A DNA stretch of 64,000 nt from Escherichia coli (GCF_011045215.1 NZ_CP049201.1), one strand, 5' to 3'; positions 50,873-63,205 are shown, counted from the stretch's first letter. Notes: generated by a model from the letters alone, not told the origin. Program-made: numbers and translations.

Positions 50873-50995
50873 CTTCTTACTCATTTTGTTTAATTTATAA
50901 AGTATATTTGAAATGCATTTTATGGAATTTTCTCGAGCATAGCCAGAGCCGCAGAATTTGCTACGGTTATAGTAAGTCACCTGTGGGAAAACGCT

Positions 50996-51976
50996 ATGCG
51001 CAAATATCGTCTAAGTGAAGAACAGCGAGCCTTTAGTTATCAGGAAGATGGCACTAAAAAAAATGTGTTATTACGGCAGATTATCGCCATTAGCGATTTT
51101 AACGATGTGATAGCAGGAACCGCTGGCGGCTGGATCGATCGCGAAACGGTGTTAGCACAGGAAGGAAATTGCTGGATTTACGACCAGAATGCTATTGCGT
51201 TCGGCGGAACGGTGATTTCCGGTAATACGCGCATCACCGGCACCAGCGTACTGTGGGGAGAGGTTTACGCAACGGATAATGTCTGGATCGATAATAGTGA
51301 AATCAGCCAGGGTGCATATATAAGTGACAGTGTCACCATTCATGACTCACTGGTTTGCGGTCAATGTAGAATATTTGGTCACGCCTTAATTGATCAACAT
51401 TCTATGATCGTCGCCGCACAAGGCTTAACGCCCGACCATCAACTCCTGCTCCAAATTTATGATCGCGCAAGGGTTAGCGCCTCGCGTATTGTCCACCAGG
51501 CACAAATTTATGGCGATGCCGTCATCCGGTATGCTTTTATTGAACATCGCGCCGAAGTTTTTGATTTTGCCAGTATTGAAGGTAATGAAGAGAACAACGT
51601 CTGGCTATGCGATTGCGCTAAAGTCTACGGTCACGCGCAGGTGAAAGCTGGCATAGAAGAAGATGCCATTCCAACGATTCATTACAGTTCGCAGGTGGCG
51701 GAATATGCCATTGTGGAAGGTAATTGTGTGTTAAAACATCATGTCTTGATTGGCGGAAATGCCGTGGTACGTGGCGGACCGATTCTGCTCGACGAGCACG
51801 TTGTAATACAAGGTGAGAGCCGTATTACAGGTGCGGTGATAATTGAAAACCATGTGGAGTTAACCGACCACGCCGTCGTTGAAGCCTTTGATGGCGACAC
51901 GGTTCATGTCCGTGGTCCAAAAGTCATTAACGGCGAGGAGCGCATTACGCGAACGCCGCTGGCAGGGTTATTATGA
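50996..51976 (+). CDS. ydcK: Hexapeptide-repeat protein YdcK (326 aa)
   Basis: Left-handed beta-helix repeats; synteny. Confidence 0.85.
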   Translation: MRKYRLSEEQRAFSYQEDGTKKNVLLRQIIAISDFNDVIAGTAGGWIDRETVLAQEGNCWIYDQNAIAFGGTVISGNTRITGTSVLWGEVYATDNVWIDNSEISQGAYISDSVTIHDSLVCGQCRIFGHALIDQHSMIVAAQGLTPDHQLLLQIYDRARVSASRIVHQAQIYGDAVIRYAFIEHRAEVFDFASIEGNEENNVWLCDCAKVYGHAQVKAGIEEDAIPTIHYSSQVAEYAIVEGNCVLKHHVLIGGNAVVRGGPILLDEHVVIQGESRITGAVIIENHVELTDHAVVEAFDGDTVHVRGPKVINGEERITRTPLAGLL

Positions 51977-52507
51977 ATCGATAATACGCGCGTATAAGTT
52001 CACATCATCATAGGCATCATTCAGGAACTCAGCCTGTTTCAGGCAACCTTCAAGGATAAAACCATTGCGCAAAGCGACCTGGTTGCTTTGCGGATTGTCC
52101 ACCCGACATTTGATCACGAAGCGTCTAAGTTCACCAGACTGGGCGTAATGATGAATCAGTGCCTGCAGCGCCTGAGAAATGATCCCCTGCCCCTGATGAG
52201 ATTCGTCCAGCCAGTAGCCGATTTCAGCGGTTTTATTCAGTGGTTCAATACGATTAAACGAGATAACGCCGATAAGTTCATCTTCTTTGAAAATCATGAA
52301 CATTTTGGCATAGCCGCGTTGATGCAACATCACATTACCCTGCACCGTTTTTCGCGTGTCCTCTTCACTCTGAACGAACTGCGGCCAGTTTAGCGACTGC
52401 TGTAACCAGGTTTTATTTTTACAGATTAACTGATAAAGAGGAGTGACGTGATTTTCTGCAACAGCATGTAATTCAAGTGATTCGCTTACTTTTATCGTTT
52501 CAGTCAT
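51971..52507 (-). CDS. rimL: Ribosomal protein L7/L12-serine acetyltransferase RimL (GNAT)
   Basis: [27 protein letters not shown]. Confidence 0.85.
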   Translation of the reverse strand: MTETIKVSESLELHAVAENHVTPLYQLICKNKTWLQQSLNWPQFVQSEEDTRKTVQGNVMLHQRGYAKMFMIFKEDELIGVISFNRIEPLNKTAEIGYWLDESHQGQGIISQALQALIHHYAQSGELRRFVIKCRVDNPQSNQVALRNGFILEGCLKQAEFLNDAYDDVNLYARIIDS

Positions 52508-52569
52508 CTTATCTCCAGTCAATCCATGCAGTTGTTAAAAAAGCCGCCTGGCTGGCGGCTTAGGAAAGT

Positions 52570-52794
52570 TTACACCTCTTTGACGCTCTCATGCTGCAGG
52601 ATTTTGAGCATCTCATCTTTTAACTGTAGCTTTTGTTTTTTCATGCGGACCACTTCCGCATTGTACCCTCGACCGTCGGAACCTTCCTTTCTGGCAATTT
52701 CATGATCAAGTTTATTGTGTTTATCGAACAAGGACATAAAGCGAGGATTTTCGTTTTTCAGACGGGATATTAAATCTCGATATTCTGGAAACAT
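52570..52794 (-). CDS. ydcH: DUF465-family small protein YdcH (74 aa)
   Basis: MFPEYRDLISRLKNENPRFMSLFDKHNKLDHEI. Confidence 0.8.
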   Translation of the reverse strand: MFPEYRDLISRLKNENPRFMSLFDKHNKLDHEIARKEGSDGRGYNAEVVRMKKQKLQLKDEMLKILQHESVKEV

Positions 52795-52933
52795 ACGCAC
52801 TCCCTGTTAGTGGCTGACAAGGTGTATCTGAAATACACACCATCAGATTACTCATTTAACTTAGGGAAAAATGCGAGCGGGATCGTGTTTAACCAGACGG
52901 CACCTCCCGAAGAAGGTGCCGAAGAAAAAACGA

Positions 52934-54589
52934 TTAACTCATCACGCGGTCGTCAACATACTGACGTTTATCCGGCGCTGGCGGGAAATACTGATACAGC
53001 CATGTTTCACTGATAGCGTCCCCCTGACAACGCAGATACATCCGCATATCGACCGGATCAGTGGAGTCCGACGTCGGATACCAGTCAAACTGAATACGAT
53101 AACCATCAATGGGTTCAATATAGAGAATTTCGATTTGCTTCGCTTCCCCACTGGAAAGCGTAATCACCGGCTCAATGCCTTTTGGTGCGGCAGCTTTCAG
53201 ATCACCACCAACGAAATCGACGGCAAAACGACGCGCCCATTTTTCGGGATAGTGTTCACCTGGCGCCCAACCTTCCGGGAAACCGCCCATGCCGGTACGC
53301 GTCGCCATAACGCGCGCTAATGGGCAATGAACAGGCGGTTGCGCACTCCAGTACAGACGATACTGGAATGCAAACTCATCACCCGCTTTTACAGCTTTTT
53401 CTGGCTGCCAGAAGCAGACAATGTTATCCAGCGTTTCGCCCGTTGTTGGGATTTCCATCAGGCCGATGGTGCCCTTACCCCACTTGTTACGCGGTTCCAC
53501 CCACAGACTTGGGCGTTTGTTATACCAGCCCATAATGTCCTGATAATGGGAGAAGTCACGATCCAGTTGCAATAAACCAAACCCTTTCGGGTTGTTGTCG
53601 GTGTAAGCATTGAACTGCAATTTTTGCGGATTATTCAGCGGACGGCAAATCCACTCGCCGTTGCCCCGCCACATGGACAGACGATCAGAGTCATGAATTT
53701 GCGGATGAATGGTATCGCACATCCGACGTTCATTAGTACCGCAGCTGAACATACTGGTCATCGGCGCAATGCCCAGCTGTTTAATGTCTTTGCGCGCATA
53801 CAGGTGATTTTCCACATCCATAATCACCTGACTTTTCTCACAATGGATAGTGAACTTATAGGCACCAGTAATGCTGGCGCTATCGAGCAACGCATAAACG
53901 GTAAAGGTAGTTGCCCCCGGTTTTACCGTATCAAACCAGAAGGCGGTAAAGTCGGGGAACTCTTCTTTACTGTCGGTGTAAGTGTCAATCGCCAGGCCGC
54001 GGGCCGACAAACCGTATTGATATGTGTCATCAACGGCGCGGAAATAACTCGCTCCGAGGAATGATACTACATCACGGCGCGCCAGTTCGGGGGCTTTAAA
54101 CACGCGAAAACCGGCAAAGCCGAGATCGCTTTGCCCTTCTAATTGTTTGGTATCAACACCTGCATCGTTGTATTTGAACAACTCCGGGCGAAAGTGAATT
54201 TCACGCGCCAGATGTGTTGCTGGATCTACAGAAAACATACGAACGCGGCGACGGAATCCCATTCCCATATGGAAGAACTGAGCGTCCAGTTGACGGTTCT
54301 CAACGTTATGCCAGAGCGATTTTTCGGCGTCGTATTGAATACTGTTATAAGCCTGCGGCGTCATTGTCGCCAGCGTGTCAGGTAACGGACGAGGCGCACC
54401 ACGCCACGCTGTTTGCGCTAAGTCGTGCGCCATTGACTGTAGAATGGAGAAGTCAAAACGCTGGGTTTGCCCGTCGGCAATATCAGAATCTGCCGCGAAT
54501 GCCGCCTGAGAAAAAAGAGAAGCAATGCCGCTGGTACCGCACACGGCGGCCATAGCCATTGAACCTTTAATAAATCGTCTACGATCCAT
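52934..54589 (-). CDS. opgD: Osmoregulated periplasmic glucan biosynthesis protein OpgD (MdoD), Tat-exported
   Basis: 551 aa; twin-arginine signal [18 protein letters not shown]. Confidence 0.9.
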   Translation of the reverse strand: MDRRRFIKGSMAMAAVCGTSGIASLFSQAAFAADSDIADGQTQRFDFSILQSMAHDLAQTAWRGAPRPLPDTLATMTPQAYNSIQYDAEKSLWHNVENRQLDAQFFHMGMGFRRRVRMFSVDPATHLAREIHFRPELFKYNDAGVDTKQLEGQSDLGFAGFRVFKAPELARRDVVSFLGASYFRAVDDTYQYGLSARGLAIDTYTDSKEEFPDFTAFWFDTVKPGATTFTVYALLDSASITGAYKFTIHCEKSQVIMDVENHLYARKDIKQLGIAPMTSMFSCGTNERRMCDTIHPQIHDSDRLSMWRGNGEWICRPLNNPQKLQFNAYTDNNPKGFGLLQLDRDFSHYQDIMGWYNKRPSLWVEPRNKWGKGTIGLMEIPTTGETLDNIVCFWQPEKAVKAGDEFAFQYRLYWSAQPPVHCPLARVMATRTGMGGFPEGWAPGEHYPEKWARRFAVDFVGGDLKAAAPKGIEPVITLSSGEAKQIEILYIEPIDGYRIQFDWYPTSDSTDPVDMRMYLRCQGDAISETWLYQYFPPAPDKRQYVDDRVMS

Positions 54590-54813
54590 ACCTGAAAGTG
54601 AGTCCTTCTGGTGTTGTGAATGGTCCCGCGCTGGTCGTTTTCAGCGGCAAGAAAGTGCTTATTTATGACCGCTCACTCTAGACAATATTTATTAATAATC
54701 CAATTGTTGAACTCAGAGAATATGCATAAATCGGCAATTTTTTTATGTCGATGGGATGAGCCTGATTCGTTTGTAAAATCAGGCAAATTTTTGCAAAGGC
54801 GGATGGTCAGAAT

Positions 54814-56157
54814 TTAAAGCAAACCACAGCGATGTTTACTGCGTTCTTCCGCTTCCTGATAAAGCTGGAACTCATCCAAAACAGGACAACCCAACGCCTG
54901 CTCAAATGCCTCGCGACTGGCATTACCGTGATTGCGTGCCTGCGTTTCATTACCCAGATTTGACTGGAAGATCCCCGCCGCGCTAACGGGCAAGAAATCT
55001 TCATAGGTAATGGGTTGCGCCGCGACCCAACCACGTTCAATTAAGGGCTGTGGATCGTCTCCGGGATGAATCGCCTGACGATGCGCCTCACCTGAAGGCG
55101 TCAGACGGTACCGGAACCATGCCAGCCCTTGCTGACGCATTAAAAACTCACTGTCAGGAAAAGTGCGGAAGGTTTCCTGTAAATGCATTTGGTGAGTGAG
55201 ATTATCCTGCCCGGTTCCAGCGTTACGCAGAAGATCATCATACAGTTGTCGCCCTTTCGGCGTTAATGCCACGCCACGCTGCTCAATTTCACCAAAGCGC
55301 GCGGTATGCGTGCCCTGTTTCTGCCCCGCAAACAACACCATCTCTTCCAGTGCCTTAAAGCTGGTCTGCCGTAGTAAAATCAGCACCTCGCGGCGCGGCG
55401 GCCCTTCGATCAGAATTTTGGGTTCAATCCCGCATTCAGGCATCATCGACTGCACCCGGTCAATATCCAGCGTACGTGGCGTCAGGTGGTTGATATGGCA
55501 TCCAGGGAAACAGACCACATCAGCAATCAACCGATGTTCGTTGTGCAAGGCGCGATAGGTTTCTTCATCTACCGTTGCTGACTGGTGCCAACGGAACGTT
55601 TCCAGGGCTTCCTGCACAAACTCCTGTGCCTGTGTTTCGTTAAAACCGCCCTGCTGCTCATATTCCTCTAACAGTTGTCGACAACGTGGGGTGAAGATAT
55701 CGCGCTGACGCAGAATCTCCGCCGCTTTCTGGCGCAAAATTTCGTTCTCGATAAGCTCAAGGCGGAGTAAGGAGGTAAAAACGCGGAAGGGATTACGCGC
55801 CAGAGAAGCATCATCAATGGGCCGAAATGCTGTCGAATGTACCGGCACCCCTGCCTGCGAGAGATCGTAATAGCTCACCGGGTACATCCCCATAATGGCA
55901 AACATCCGCCGAAGAGTAGCAAGCTCTTGTGCAGTCCCAACGCGAATCGCCCCATGACGTTCAACATTCAGTCGCGCCAGCTCGTCTGCATTTACCATTT
56001 TTTCGTGCAGTTGAGGATTGTTTTCCAGCACAGCCAGATTCACATCAGCTACCAGTTCCAGCAGCGTGCCATATTGCGGAACTTCTTGCTGGTACATGGC
56101 TGACATTGCCTGCGAAAACTGTTCCCGAATCTCATCCGCCGTGATGCTGTTCGCCAT
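54814..56157 (-). CDS. ydcJ: DUF1338-family protein YdcJ (447 aa)
   Basis: Length and synteny between opgD and ydcI. Confidence 0.85.
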   Translation of the reverse strand: MANSITADEIREQFSQAMSAMYQQEVPQYGTLLELVADVNLAVLENNPQLHEKMVNADELARLNVERHGAIRVGTAQELATLRRMFAIMGMYPVSYYDLSQAGVPVHSTAFRPIDDASLARNPFRVFTSLLRLELIENEILRQKAAEILRQRDIFTPRCRQLLEEYEQQGGFNETQAQEFVQEALETFRWHQSATVDEETYRALHNEHRLIADVVCFPGCHINHLTPRTLDIDRVQSMMPECGIEPKILIEGPPRREVLILLRQTSFKALEEMVLFAGQKQGTHTARFGEIEQRGVALTPKGRQLYDDLLRNAGTGQDNLTHQMHLQETFRTFPDSEFLMRQQGLAWFRYRLTPSGEAHRQAIHPGDDPQPLIERGWVAAQPITYEDFLPVSAAGIFQSNLGNETQARNHGNASREAFEQALGCPVLDEFQLYQEAEERSKHRCGLL

Positions 56158-56373
56158 AGTGTCTGCCTCCAGTGGTCAGTAATGTGGAGTGTAGGTAACC
56201 GCATTCACTCTGGCGGGAAGAATTTACAAACTGTGATCTCGCCGCGAAAACATCAATATTATCCATTTTGCTGTAACATAATTGCTTTAATTGTTAATAA
56301 TATTTTGCAATCAAGTTATCATAATCAAACAACTTCACTTGTCAGCGACACCGCTTCGTTTTTAACATCGCTT

Positions 56374-57297
56374 ATGGAAAAAAATAGTCTGTTTAGTCAG
56401 CGCATCCGTTTGCGCCACCTTCATACATTCGTAGCTGTCGCACAACAAGGAACTTTGGGGCGCGCGGCTGAAACCCTTAATTTGAGTCAACCTGCGCTCT
56501 CTAAGACATTGAATGAACTGGAGCAACTGACGGGCGCTCGCTTGTTTGAGCGTGGTCGTCAGGGGGCGCAACTTACCTTACCCGGCGAACAATTTTTAAC
56601 GCATGCAGTCAGAGTTCTTGACGCCATCAACACTGCTGGACAGTCGCTTCATCGTAAAGAAGGTCTTAATAATGATGTCGTCAGGGTTGGTGCACTACCT
56701 ACTGCGGCACTGGGGATATTACCTTCGGTTATAGGTCAGTTTCATCAGCAACAAAAAGAGACGACCTTGCAAGTTGCGACAATGAGTAACCCTATGATTC
56801 TGGCGGGTTTGAAAACCGGGGAAATCGATATCGGCATTGGTCGGATGTCAGATCCTGAACTGATGACCGGGCTTAATTACGAACTGCTGTTTCTTGAATC
56901 GCTGAAGCTGGTTGTCCGCCCTAATCACCCGCTACTTCAGGAGAACGTAACGCTAAGCCGGGTGCTGGAATGGCCGGTCGTTGTATCACCAGAAGGCACT
57001 GCACCACGCCAGCATTCAGATGCATTAGTACAGAGCCAGGGATGTAAAATTCCTTCGGGTTGTATCGAAACGCTGTCTGCTTCGCTATCTCGTCAACTTA
57101 CGGTTGAATACGACTACGTGTGGTTTGTCCCTTCTGGCGCGGTAAAAGACGACCTGCGTCATGCCACGCTGGTGGCCCTGCCTGTTCCGGGACATGGTGC
57201 AGGCGAACCGATTGGAATACTGACCCGCGTAGATGCGACGTTCTCTTCTGGTTGCCAGTTGATGATTAACGCTATTCGAAAATCAATGCCGTTCTGA
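56374..57297 (+). CDS. ydcI: LysR-family transcriptional regulator YdcI (307 aa)
   Basis: LysR HTH IRLRHLHTFVAVAQQGTLGRAAETLNLSQPALSKTLNELE. Confidence 0.88.
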   Translation: MEKNSLFSQRIRLRHLHTFVAVAQQGTLGRAAETLNLSQPALSKTLNELEQLTGARLFERGRQGAQLTLPGEQFLTHAVRVLDAINTAGQSLHRKEGLNNDVVRVGALPTAALGILPSVIGQFHQQQKETTLQVATMSNPMILAGLKTGEIDIGIGRMSDPELMTGLNYELLFLESLKLVVRPNHPLLQENVTLSRVLEWPVVVSPEGTAPRQHSDALVQSQGCKIPSGCIETLSASLSRQLTVEYDYVWFVPSGAVKDDLRHATLVALPVPGHGAGEPIGILTRVDATFSSGCQLMINAIRKSMPF

Positions 57298-57304
57298 AAG
57301 GTGA

Positions 57305-57326
57305 AGGGATCTGTCGATCCCTCCTT
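57305..57326. terminator. Hairpin terminator between ydcI and trg
   Basis: agggatc-tgtc-gatccct inverted repeat between convergent genes. Confidence 0.5.
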
Positions 57327-57334
57327 TAACATTT

Positions 57335-58975
57335 TCACACCGTAGCGAAACTAACTGGTTCACCCGCTCCGCGAGGTTCTGCCAACACAGATTGTTTGTT
57401 CAGACGGAATACGTCCACCGCCTCAGTTAATTGTGCCGCCTGTTCTTCAAGGGACACCGCCGCCGCTGAGGCCTCTTCTACCAGAGAAGCATTCTGTTGC
57501 GTCACCTTATCCATTTCAGAAATCGCCTGGCTAACCTGCGTTATGCCCCTACTTTGCTCATCCGAGGCGGCGGCAATTTCCTGCATGATATGTGTGACAC
57601 TCGCGACGGCATCAACAATAGTGCTCATGGTTTTCCCGGCCGTTGCCACCTCATCCGATCCCAGGTCAATTAACCTGACTGATTCACTGATCAAGCCTTC
57701 AATTTCTTTTGCCGCCTGGGCGCTGCGGCTTGCGAGTGTCCGTACTTCGCTGGCGACAACGGCAAATCCACGCCCTTGCTCACCCGCTCGCGCAGCTTCA
57801 ACGGCAGCATTCAGTGCCAGAATATTCGTCTGGAAAGCAATACTGTTGATGACGGCGGTGATCTCAGAAATTTTCTTCGAACTCGTGGAGATAGCGCCCA
57901 TCGTTTTTACTACACCGGAAACCGTCTGCCCGCCATCGCTGGCTTTAATAGAAGCCTCTTGCGCCAGTTTGCTGGCATAATGCGCGTTATCCGCATTCTG
58001 TTTCACCGTCGCAGTGAGTTGCTCCATGCTGGCGGCAGTTTGTTCGATAGCCGCCGCTTGTTCTTCGGTGCGAGATGACAGGTCCGCATTGCCAGCTGAA
58101 ATTTCGCTGGTGCCACGATAAATCTCTTCCGCACCCTGTCGAACAGTCCCTACGGTCATCCCCAGTGAATGCTGCATTTGCTGTAAATGACGACTTAAGC
58201 GACCGATTTCATTACGACCCGCCGGTTCATCCTTCATCGTCAGATCGCCACTAGCGATTTTTTCAATCCGTTGTGCGGCATGTTGCAGTGGACGAATGAC
58301 GATCCGACGTAGCACCATAAATGTTATCAGCGTCATGACCAGGGCAAGCACAAACGCACCAATCATGAACATCCCGCCCAGGCGGGTGCGCTGATGGGCC
58401 AGTTCCGCCAGTTGGTTGGCTCTGGTGCTACGTATCTTAACGGCTTTGTTCAAAATATCGGTATAAGCATTATCCAGCGTTCGGATCTGCTCACTTTCAT
58501 GATTGATAATTGCTTCAAACATACCATTTTTGGCATATTTCAACATAGGTTGCATACCCGTGATATAAGCCTGAAAGCGTTGATTTAATTCAGTGTCGAG
58601 GGCTTCATCAGCAGGTGTTTTCACCGGCCGATTCTGATAAGCACGATAACCTTGCTGCGACTGTTTAATCTCCGATTCGGCTTGCGCAATATTTCGCTTC
58701 ATTGCTTCCATTTCCGCAATACGACTCGCAGCCCCGGCCTGAATCATATTGATCCGGGCTGAACGCAAAAAATCTGAACTGTTCGCTAACCCGGTCCGAA
58801 TCTCAATCTCCGCAGTAACATCACGCTGATCGCGATCGGCCTGCCAGAGGAAATAGCCAGCCAGGGCTGAACTTAATGCGAATAGAACTAAGATACCGCC
58901 AAGAATGCAGGCAAATAACGGAACCAGCCTGATGTGATGCAAAAAACCTAATCGCTGTGAGGGAGTTGTATTCAT
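57335..58975 (-). CDS. trg: Methyl-accepting chemotaxis protein III (ribose/galactose sensor) Trg
   Basis: 546 aa MCP with two TM segments, HAMP and the conserved signalling domain. Confidence 0.9.
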   Translation of the reverse strand: MNTTPSQRLGFLHHIRLVPLFACILGGILVLFALSSALAGYFLWQADRDQRDVTAEIEIRTGLANSSDFLRSARINMIQAGAASRIAEMEAMKRNIAQAESEIKQSQQGYRAYQNRPVKTPADEALDTELNQRFQAYITGMQPMLKYAKNGMFEAIINHESEQIRTLDNAYTDILNKAVKIRSTRANQLAELAHQRTRLGGMFMIGAFVLALVMTLITFMVLRRIVIRPLQHAAQRIEKIASGDLTMKDEPAGRNEIGRLSRHLQQMQHSLGMTVGTVRQGAEEIYRGTSEISAGNADLSSRTEEQAAAIEQTAASMEQLTATVKQNADNAHYASKLAQEASIKASDGGQTVSGVVKTMGAISTSSKKISEITAVINSIAFQTNILALNAAVEAARAGEQGRGFAVVASEVRTLASRSAQAAKEIEGLISESVRLIDLGSDEVATAGKTMSTIVDAVASVTHIMQEIAAASDEQSRGITQVSQAISEMDKVTQQNASLVEEASAAAVSLEEQAAQLTEAVDVFRLNKQSVLAEPRGAGEPVSFATV

Positions 58976-59261
58976 TACCGTTGTCTCTCGTCCAGGTTTA
59001 CTCCTGATAGAAAGTCATCGGCACTTGACGGTAATTACTTATGACCAAATACCTCTTTGCGTCACATTTTTACAACAATTATTGCAGAGAAAATTAATGC
59101 TATTGGAATGAAGAGAGTAACGAATGGCTAAACCGAATGACGAAAAATTCTGGAAAACAGCACGCAATTTCGTGAAGTGATTATTTTCGTCCCTAAGGAA
59201 ACCTCATAGGATGCCTGCGGGTGCCTGAGACTTTCTGTTTTCAGGCTAACCGGGAATCAGA

Positions 59262-59306
59262 AAGACGAAGGCCCCGACCGATATTTCTATCAACCGAGGC
59301 CAACGA

Positions 59307-59317
<11 letters not shown>
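59262..59317 (-). ncRNA. sokB: Antisense RNA SokB (antitoxin of the hokB type I TA locus), approximate
   Basis: Placed by the canonical hok/sok layout: antisense to the mokB leader and start. Coordinates from recalled K-12 spacing, not an independent motif. Confidence 0.45.
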
Positions 59318-59514
<197 letters not shown>

Positions 59515-59520
59515 GGGCAA

Positions 59521-59541
59521 GCGCGGGGATTTTCCCCGCGC
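59521..59541 (+). terminator. Hairpin terminator just after hokB
   Basis: gcgcgggga-tttt-ccccgcgc inverted repeat. Confidence 0.6.
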
Positions 59542-59585
59542 ATCTGACTAGCAGATTCATTTTCTCATGGCACCCCTTTTACACT

Positions 59586-59759
59586 TCAGTTAGTGCATGT
59601 TTTTTTCGATGCACTAATAGAACCATCATTACAGACAAATTTGCCGCCTGCCGTACAGTGTGAGATCCCCCCTTTCGAACCAGAACAGGGTTTGCGCCCG
59701 GCATCGGCATAAAAGGAAACAAGCGTTCCCATAAACAAAATAAGTGCCAGTTTTTTCAT
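59586..59759 (-). CDS. ydcA: Small exported Cys-containing protein YdcA (57 aa)
   Basis: Hand translation: MKKLALILFMGTLVSFYADAGRKPCSGSKGGISHCTAGGKFVCNDGSISASKKTCTN. Confidence 0.7.
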   Translation of the reverse strand: MKKLALILFMGTLVSFYADAGRKPCSGSKGGISHCTAGGKFVCNDGSISASKKTCTN

Positions 59760-59929
59760 ATAACCTCCATGGTTTATCGAATCTTATGTTCGATTTGAAC
59801 GTTATACGCTGGTTTATTTTGATACCGTTGATGAGATCAAAGATCGGGTGAATTGATTAAAAATAAGGCAGATGGACGTATGGGCAAGGATTATGGTTTT
59901 ATTTGTCATACAAATAAATATAATAGGCG

Positions 59930-59993
59930 CTTCCGATGTAGACCCGTATTCTTCGCCTGTACCACGGGTCGGTTTTAGTACAGGCGTTTTCTT
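59930..59993 (+). ncRNA. rydC: Hfq-dependent small RNA RydC
   Basis: cttccgatgtagacccgtattcttcgcctgtaccacgggtcggttttagtacaggcgttttctt matches the recalled RydC sequence; convergent with cybB as in K-12. Confidence 0.7.
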
Positions 59994-60003
59994 TAAATAT
60001 CCT

Positions 60004-60534
60004 TCAGGAACGTTTACGCGGCATCATGCGTAGAAGTGTGTTGTCCTTCCAGAAATAGTGGTGTGCCAGTGCAACCGCAGCGTGCAAACCGATGACAAAA
60101 TATCCCAGATTCGCCAGCGTTTCATGCCACGACTTTAAGCTATCTACCCGTTCGAAATTGGCCTCTGAAGCGTAAGGCATCGTCAAACCAAACGCAAACC
60201 ACGGGTTGCCCAGGTTATACATCATCACCAAACCAATCACTGGCAGCGCAATAAACAGGAGATAAATCACCAAATGTCCCAAATGCGCCAGTCCCGTCAT
60301 CATCGGTTTCGGCTTAGGTATAATCGGCGGGGTTGGGTATTTCAGTCTTAACAAAAGACGAACCACCATCAGCACGAGAATTGAGATGCCACAGGAAACA
60401 TGAATCATGTTGATGAGCGGCCGATCGCTACGTGGGAAGAAACCCCGAAACTCCATTGCGCAATACGCTGCGATAACCAGCAAAAAGACCAGCCAGTGAA
60501 TGCTGATTTGTAACCTTGAGTATTTATTTTCCAT
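60004..60534 (-). CDS. cybB: Cytochrome b561 CybB (176 aa)
   Basis: MENKYSRLQISIHWLVFLLVIAAYCAMEFRGFFP; conserved His ligands. Confidence 0.9.
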   Translation of the reverse strand: MENKYSRLQISIHWLVFLLVIAAYCAMEFRGFFPRSDRPLINMIHVSCGISILVLMVVRLLLRLKYPTPPIIPKPKPMMTGLAHLGHLVIYLLFIALPVIGLVMMYNLGNPWFAFGLTMPYASEANFERVDSLKSWHETLANLGYFVIGLHAAVALAHHYFWKDNTLLRMMPRKRS

Positions 60535-60722
60535 AACATTTCCTGCTTTAACATAATTTTCCGTTAACATAACGGGCTTTTCTCAAAATTTCATTAAATA
60601 TTGTTCACCCGTTTTCAGTACGTTACGTTTCACTGTAAGAATGGAGATTGCCCATCCCACAATCCTGGGCTAAGCCTGGAAAGGATCAATTTTCATCCGA
60701 ACGTTCCTGACAGGAGAAAACC

Positions 60723-61724
60723 ATGAGTAAAGTTGGTATTAACGGTTTTGGTCGTATCGGTCGACTGGTGTTGCGTCGATTACTTGAAGTCAAAAGCAAC
60801 ATAGACGTTGTCGCTATTAATGATCTTACTTCCCCAAAAATTCTCGCCTATCTGCTGAAACATGATTCAAACTATGGTCCGTTCCCCTGGAGCGTTGATT
60901 TTACGGAAGATTCACTTATCGTTGATGGGAAAAGTATCGCGGTTTACGCCGAAAAAGAGGCTAAAAATATTCCGTGGAAAGCGAAAGGTGCAGAAATCAT
61001 TGTCGAATGTACTGGCTTTTATACCTCCGCCGATAAATCGCAGGCGCATCTTGATGCTGGTGCGAAGAAGGTGTTGATTTCCGCTCCTGCCGGTGAAATG
61101 AAAACCATCGTTTATAACGTTAATGACGACACTCTGGATGGCAACGATACCATTGTTTCCGTGGCGTCATGCACCACTAACTGCCTTGCGCCGATGGCCA
61201 AAGCCTTGCATGACAGTTTCGGGATAGAAGTCGGCACGATGACGACCATTCATGCCTATACTGGCACCCAGTCACTGGTGGATGGCCCGCGTGGTAAAGA
61301 TTTACGTGCTTCACGCGCCGCGGCAGAAAATATCATTCCCCACACTACGGGCGCGGCAAAAGCCATTGGTCTGGTGATCCCGGAACTGAGCGGCAAACTG
61401 AAAGGTCATGCGCAACGCGTGCCGGTGAAAACAGGTTCGGTCACTGAACTGGTATCGATTCTCGGAAAAAAAGTGACTGCCGAAGAGGTGAATAACGCAC
61501 TTAAACAAGCAACCACCAATAACGAGTCATTTGGTTATACCGATGAAGAAATAGTCTCTTCCGATATCATTGGCAGCCATTTCGGTTCGGTGTTTGATGC
61601 CACGCAAACGGAAATTACCGCCGTGGGCGATTTACAACTGGTGAAAACGGTCGCCTGGTACGATAACGAATATGGCTTCGTCACGCAGCTTATTCGCACC
61701 CTCGAAAAATTCGCTAAACTCTGA
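60723..61724 (+). CDS. gapC: Glyceraldehyde-3-phosphate dehydrogenase GapC, apparently intact (333 aa)
   Basis: Rossmann [10 protein letters not shown] and catalytic [10 protein letters not shown] motifs in one uninterrupted frame. Confidence 0.88.
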   Translation: MSKVGINGFGRIGRLVLRRLLEVKSNIDVVAINDLTSPKILAYLLKHDSNYGPFPWSVDFTEDSLIVDGKSIAVYAEKEAKNIPWKAKGAEIIVECTGFYTSADKSQAHLDAGAKKVLISAPAGEMKTIVYNVNDDTLDGNDTIVSVASCTTNCLAPMAKALHDSFGIEVGTMTTIHAYTGTQSLVDGPRGKDLRASRAAAENIIPHTTGAAKAIGLVIPELSGKLKGHAQRVPVKTGSVTELVSILGKKVTAEEVNNALKQATTNNESFGYTDEEIVSSDIIGSHFGSVFDATQTEITAVGDLQLVKTVAWYDNEYGFVTQLIRTLEKFAKL

Positions 61725-61731
61725 CGCGCAC

Positions 61732-61760
61732 AGGCGGAGGAAAAAACCTCCGCCTCTTTC
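61732..61760. terminator. Bidirectional hairpin terminator between gapC and aldA
   Basis: aggcggagg-aaaaaac-ctccgcct followed by a T-rich run. Confidence 0.6.
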
Positions 61761-61765
61761 ACTCA

Positions 61766-63205
61766 TCAAGACTGTAAATAAACCACCTGGGTCTGCAGAT
61801 ATTCATGCAGGCCATGTTTACCATCTGCGCCGCCAATACCGGATTTACGCCATCCGGCGTGGAAGCCTTGCATAGCTTCGAAGTTTTCACGGTTGATGTA
61901 AGTTTCACCAAACTTCAGCCCTTTAATGGCTTTCATCGCGACGTTCAGATTTTGGGTATAGATTGATGAGGTCAGGCCGTAATCACTGTCATTAGCCATT
62001 GAGATAGCATCTTCCAGCGTGTCAAATGCGACAACTGGCAGCACCGGGCCAAAGGTTTCCTCATGCATAATCGACATTTCCTGGCGAACATCCAGCAGCA
62101 ATGTCGGCGGATAATAATATCCTTTCCCCTCTACCGCTTTGCCACCCAACGCCACTCTCGCCCCTTCTTCTACTGCGCGCGCCACTTTTTGCTCGACCCT
62201 TTCCAGCGCCGCGGCGTTAATCAACGGCCCCATCGCAATGTCGTTGCGTTCAGCGGGGTTACCAAATTGAACCGCCTGCATCGCTTCACCCAGCCGATTG
62301 ACGAACTGATCATAAATGCCTTTCTGTACATAAACACGTTCTGCACAGTTACACACTTGCCCACTATTAATGACGCGTGAATCAACGATGGCTTTGACTG
62401 CCAGTTCAAGATCGGCATCGTCCATTACGATAGCTGGTGCTTTACCACCCAATTCCAGACACACTTTAGTGATGTTTTTCGCCGCAGTCGCCATGATCTT
62501 CTCACCTGCAGAGACGCTGCCTGTCATACTGACCATTGCGACCTTTGGGTTACCCGCCAGTTCTTGCCCAACGGTTTCACCACGCCCCAGAACAAGGTTA
62601 AACACGCCGCGCGGAAGGCCTATTTCATCGACGATTTTGGCGAATGCAATCGCATTGTTTGGCGTAAATTCACTGGGTTTAATGACGATGGTATTACCGG
62701 TCAAAAGAGCGGGAGCCATTTTGCGGGCAATGAGGAAGAACGGGAAGTTCCACGGCAGAATGCCGGTAGTCACGCCAAGTGCACGTTTAAACAGAAGAAT
62801 ATTTTCTCCTGGACGATCGCTTTGAATAATCTCGCCCTCGTAACGCCGTGCCCACTCCGCCATGTAATCGATATAGTCCGCAGTAAAAGCCACTTCGACT
62901 TCAGCCAGCTGCTGGATCTTGCCCCCTTCTTCAACAATCAGCGCACTGATTTCACTGGCGCGTTCGCGGATCCCGGCGGAGATTTTGCGCAACCAACTGG
63001 CGCGTTCAATGGCAGGCAACGCTTCCCATTCTGGTTGTGCACGTTCTGCTGCATCGATTGCCTTACGGGCATCCTCGGCCTGACCATCGGGAATGCGGGA
63101 AATGACAGCCTCTGTAGCAGGGTTTACCACATCAATCCATGCGTCTCCACGCCAGGTAACAAACTGTCCATCAATATACATAGGATGTTGAACGGGTACT
63201 GACAT
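61766..63205 (-). CDS. aldA: Lactaldehyde dehydrogenase AldA (479 aa)
   Basis: MSVPVQHPMYIDGQFVTWRGDAWIDVVNPATE; ALDH Cys motif GQVCNCAERV. Confidence 0.92.
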   Translation of the reverse strand: MSVPVQHPMYIDGQFVTWRGDAWIDVVNPATEAVISRIPDGQAEDARKAIDAAERAQPEWEALPAIERASWLRKISAGIRERASEISALIVEEGGKIQQLAEVEVAFTADYIDYMAEWARRYEGEIIQSDRPGENILLFKRALGVTTGILPWNFPFFLIARKMAPALLTGNTIVIKPSEFTPNNAIAFAKIVDEIGLPRGVFNLVLGRGETVGQELAGNPKVAMVSMTGSVSAGEKIMATAAKNITKVCLELGGKAPAIVMDDADLELAVKAIVDSRVINSGQVCNCAERVYVQKGIYDQFVNRLGEAMQAVQFGNPAERNDIAMGPLINAAALERVEQKVARAVEEGARVALGGKAVEGKGYYYPPTLLLDVRQEMSIMHEETFGPVLPVVAFDTLEDAISMANDSDYGLTSSIYTQNLNVAMKAIKGLKFGETYINRENFEAMQGFHAGWRKSGIGGADGKHGLHEYLQTQVVYLQS

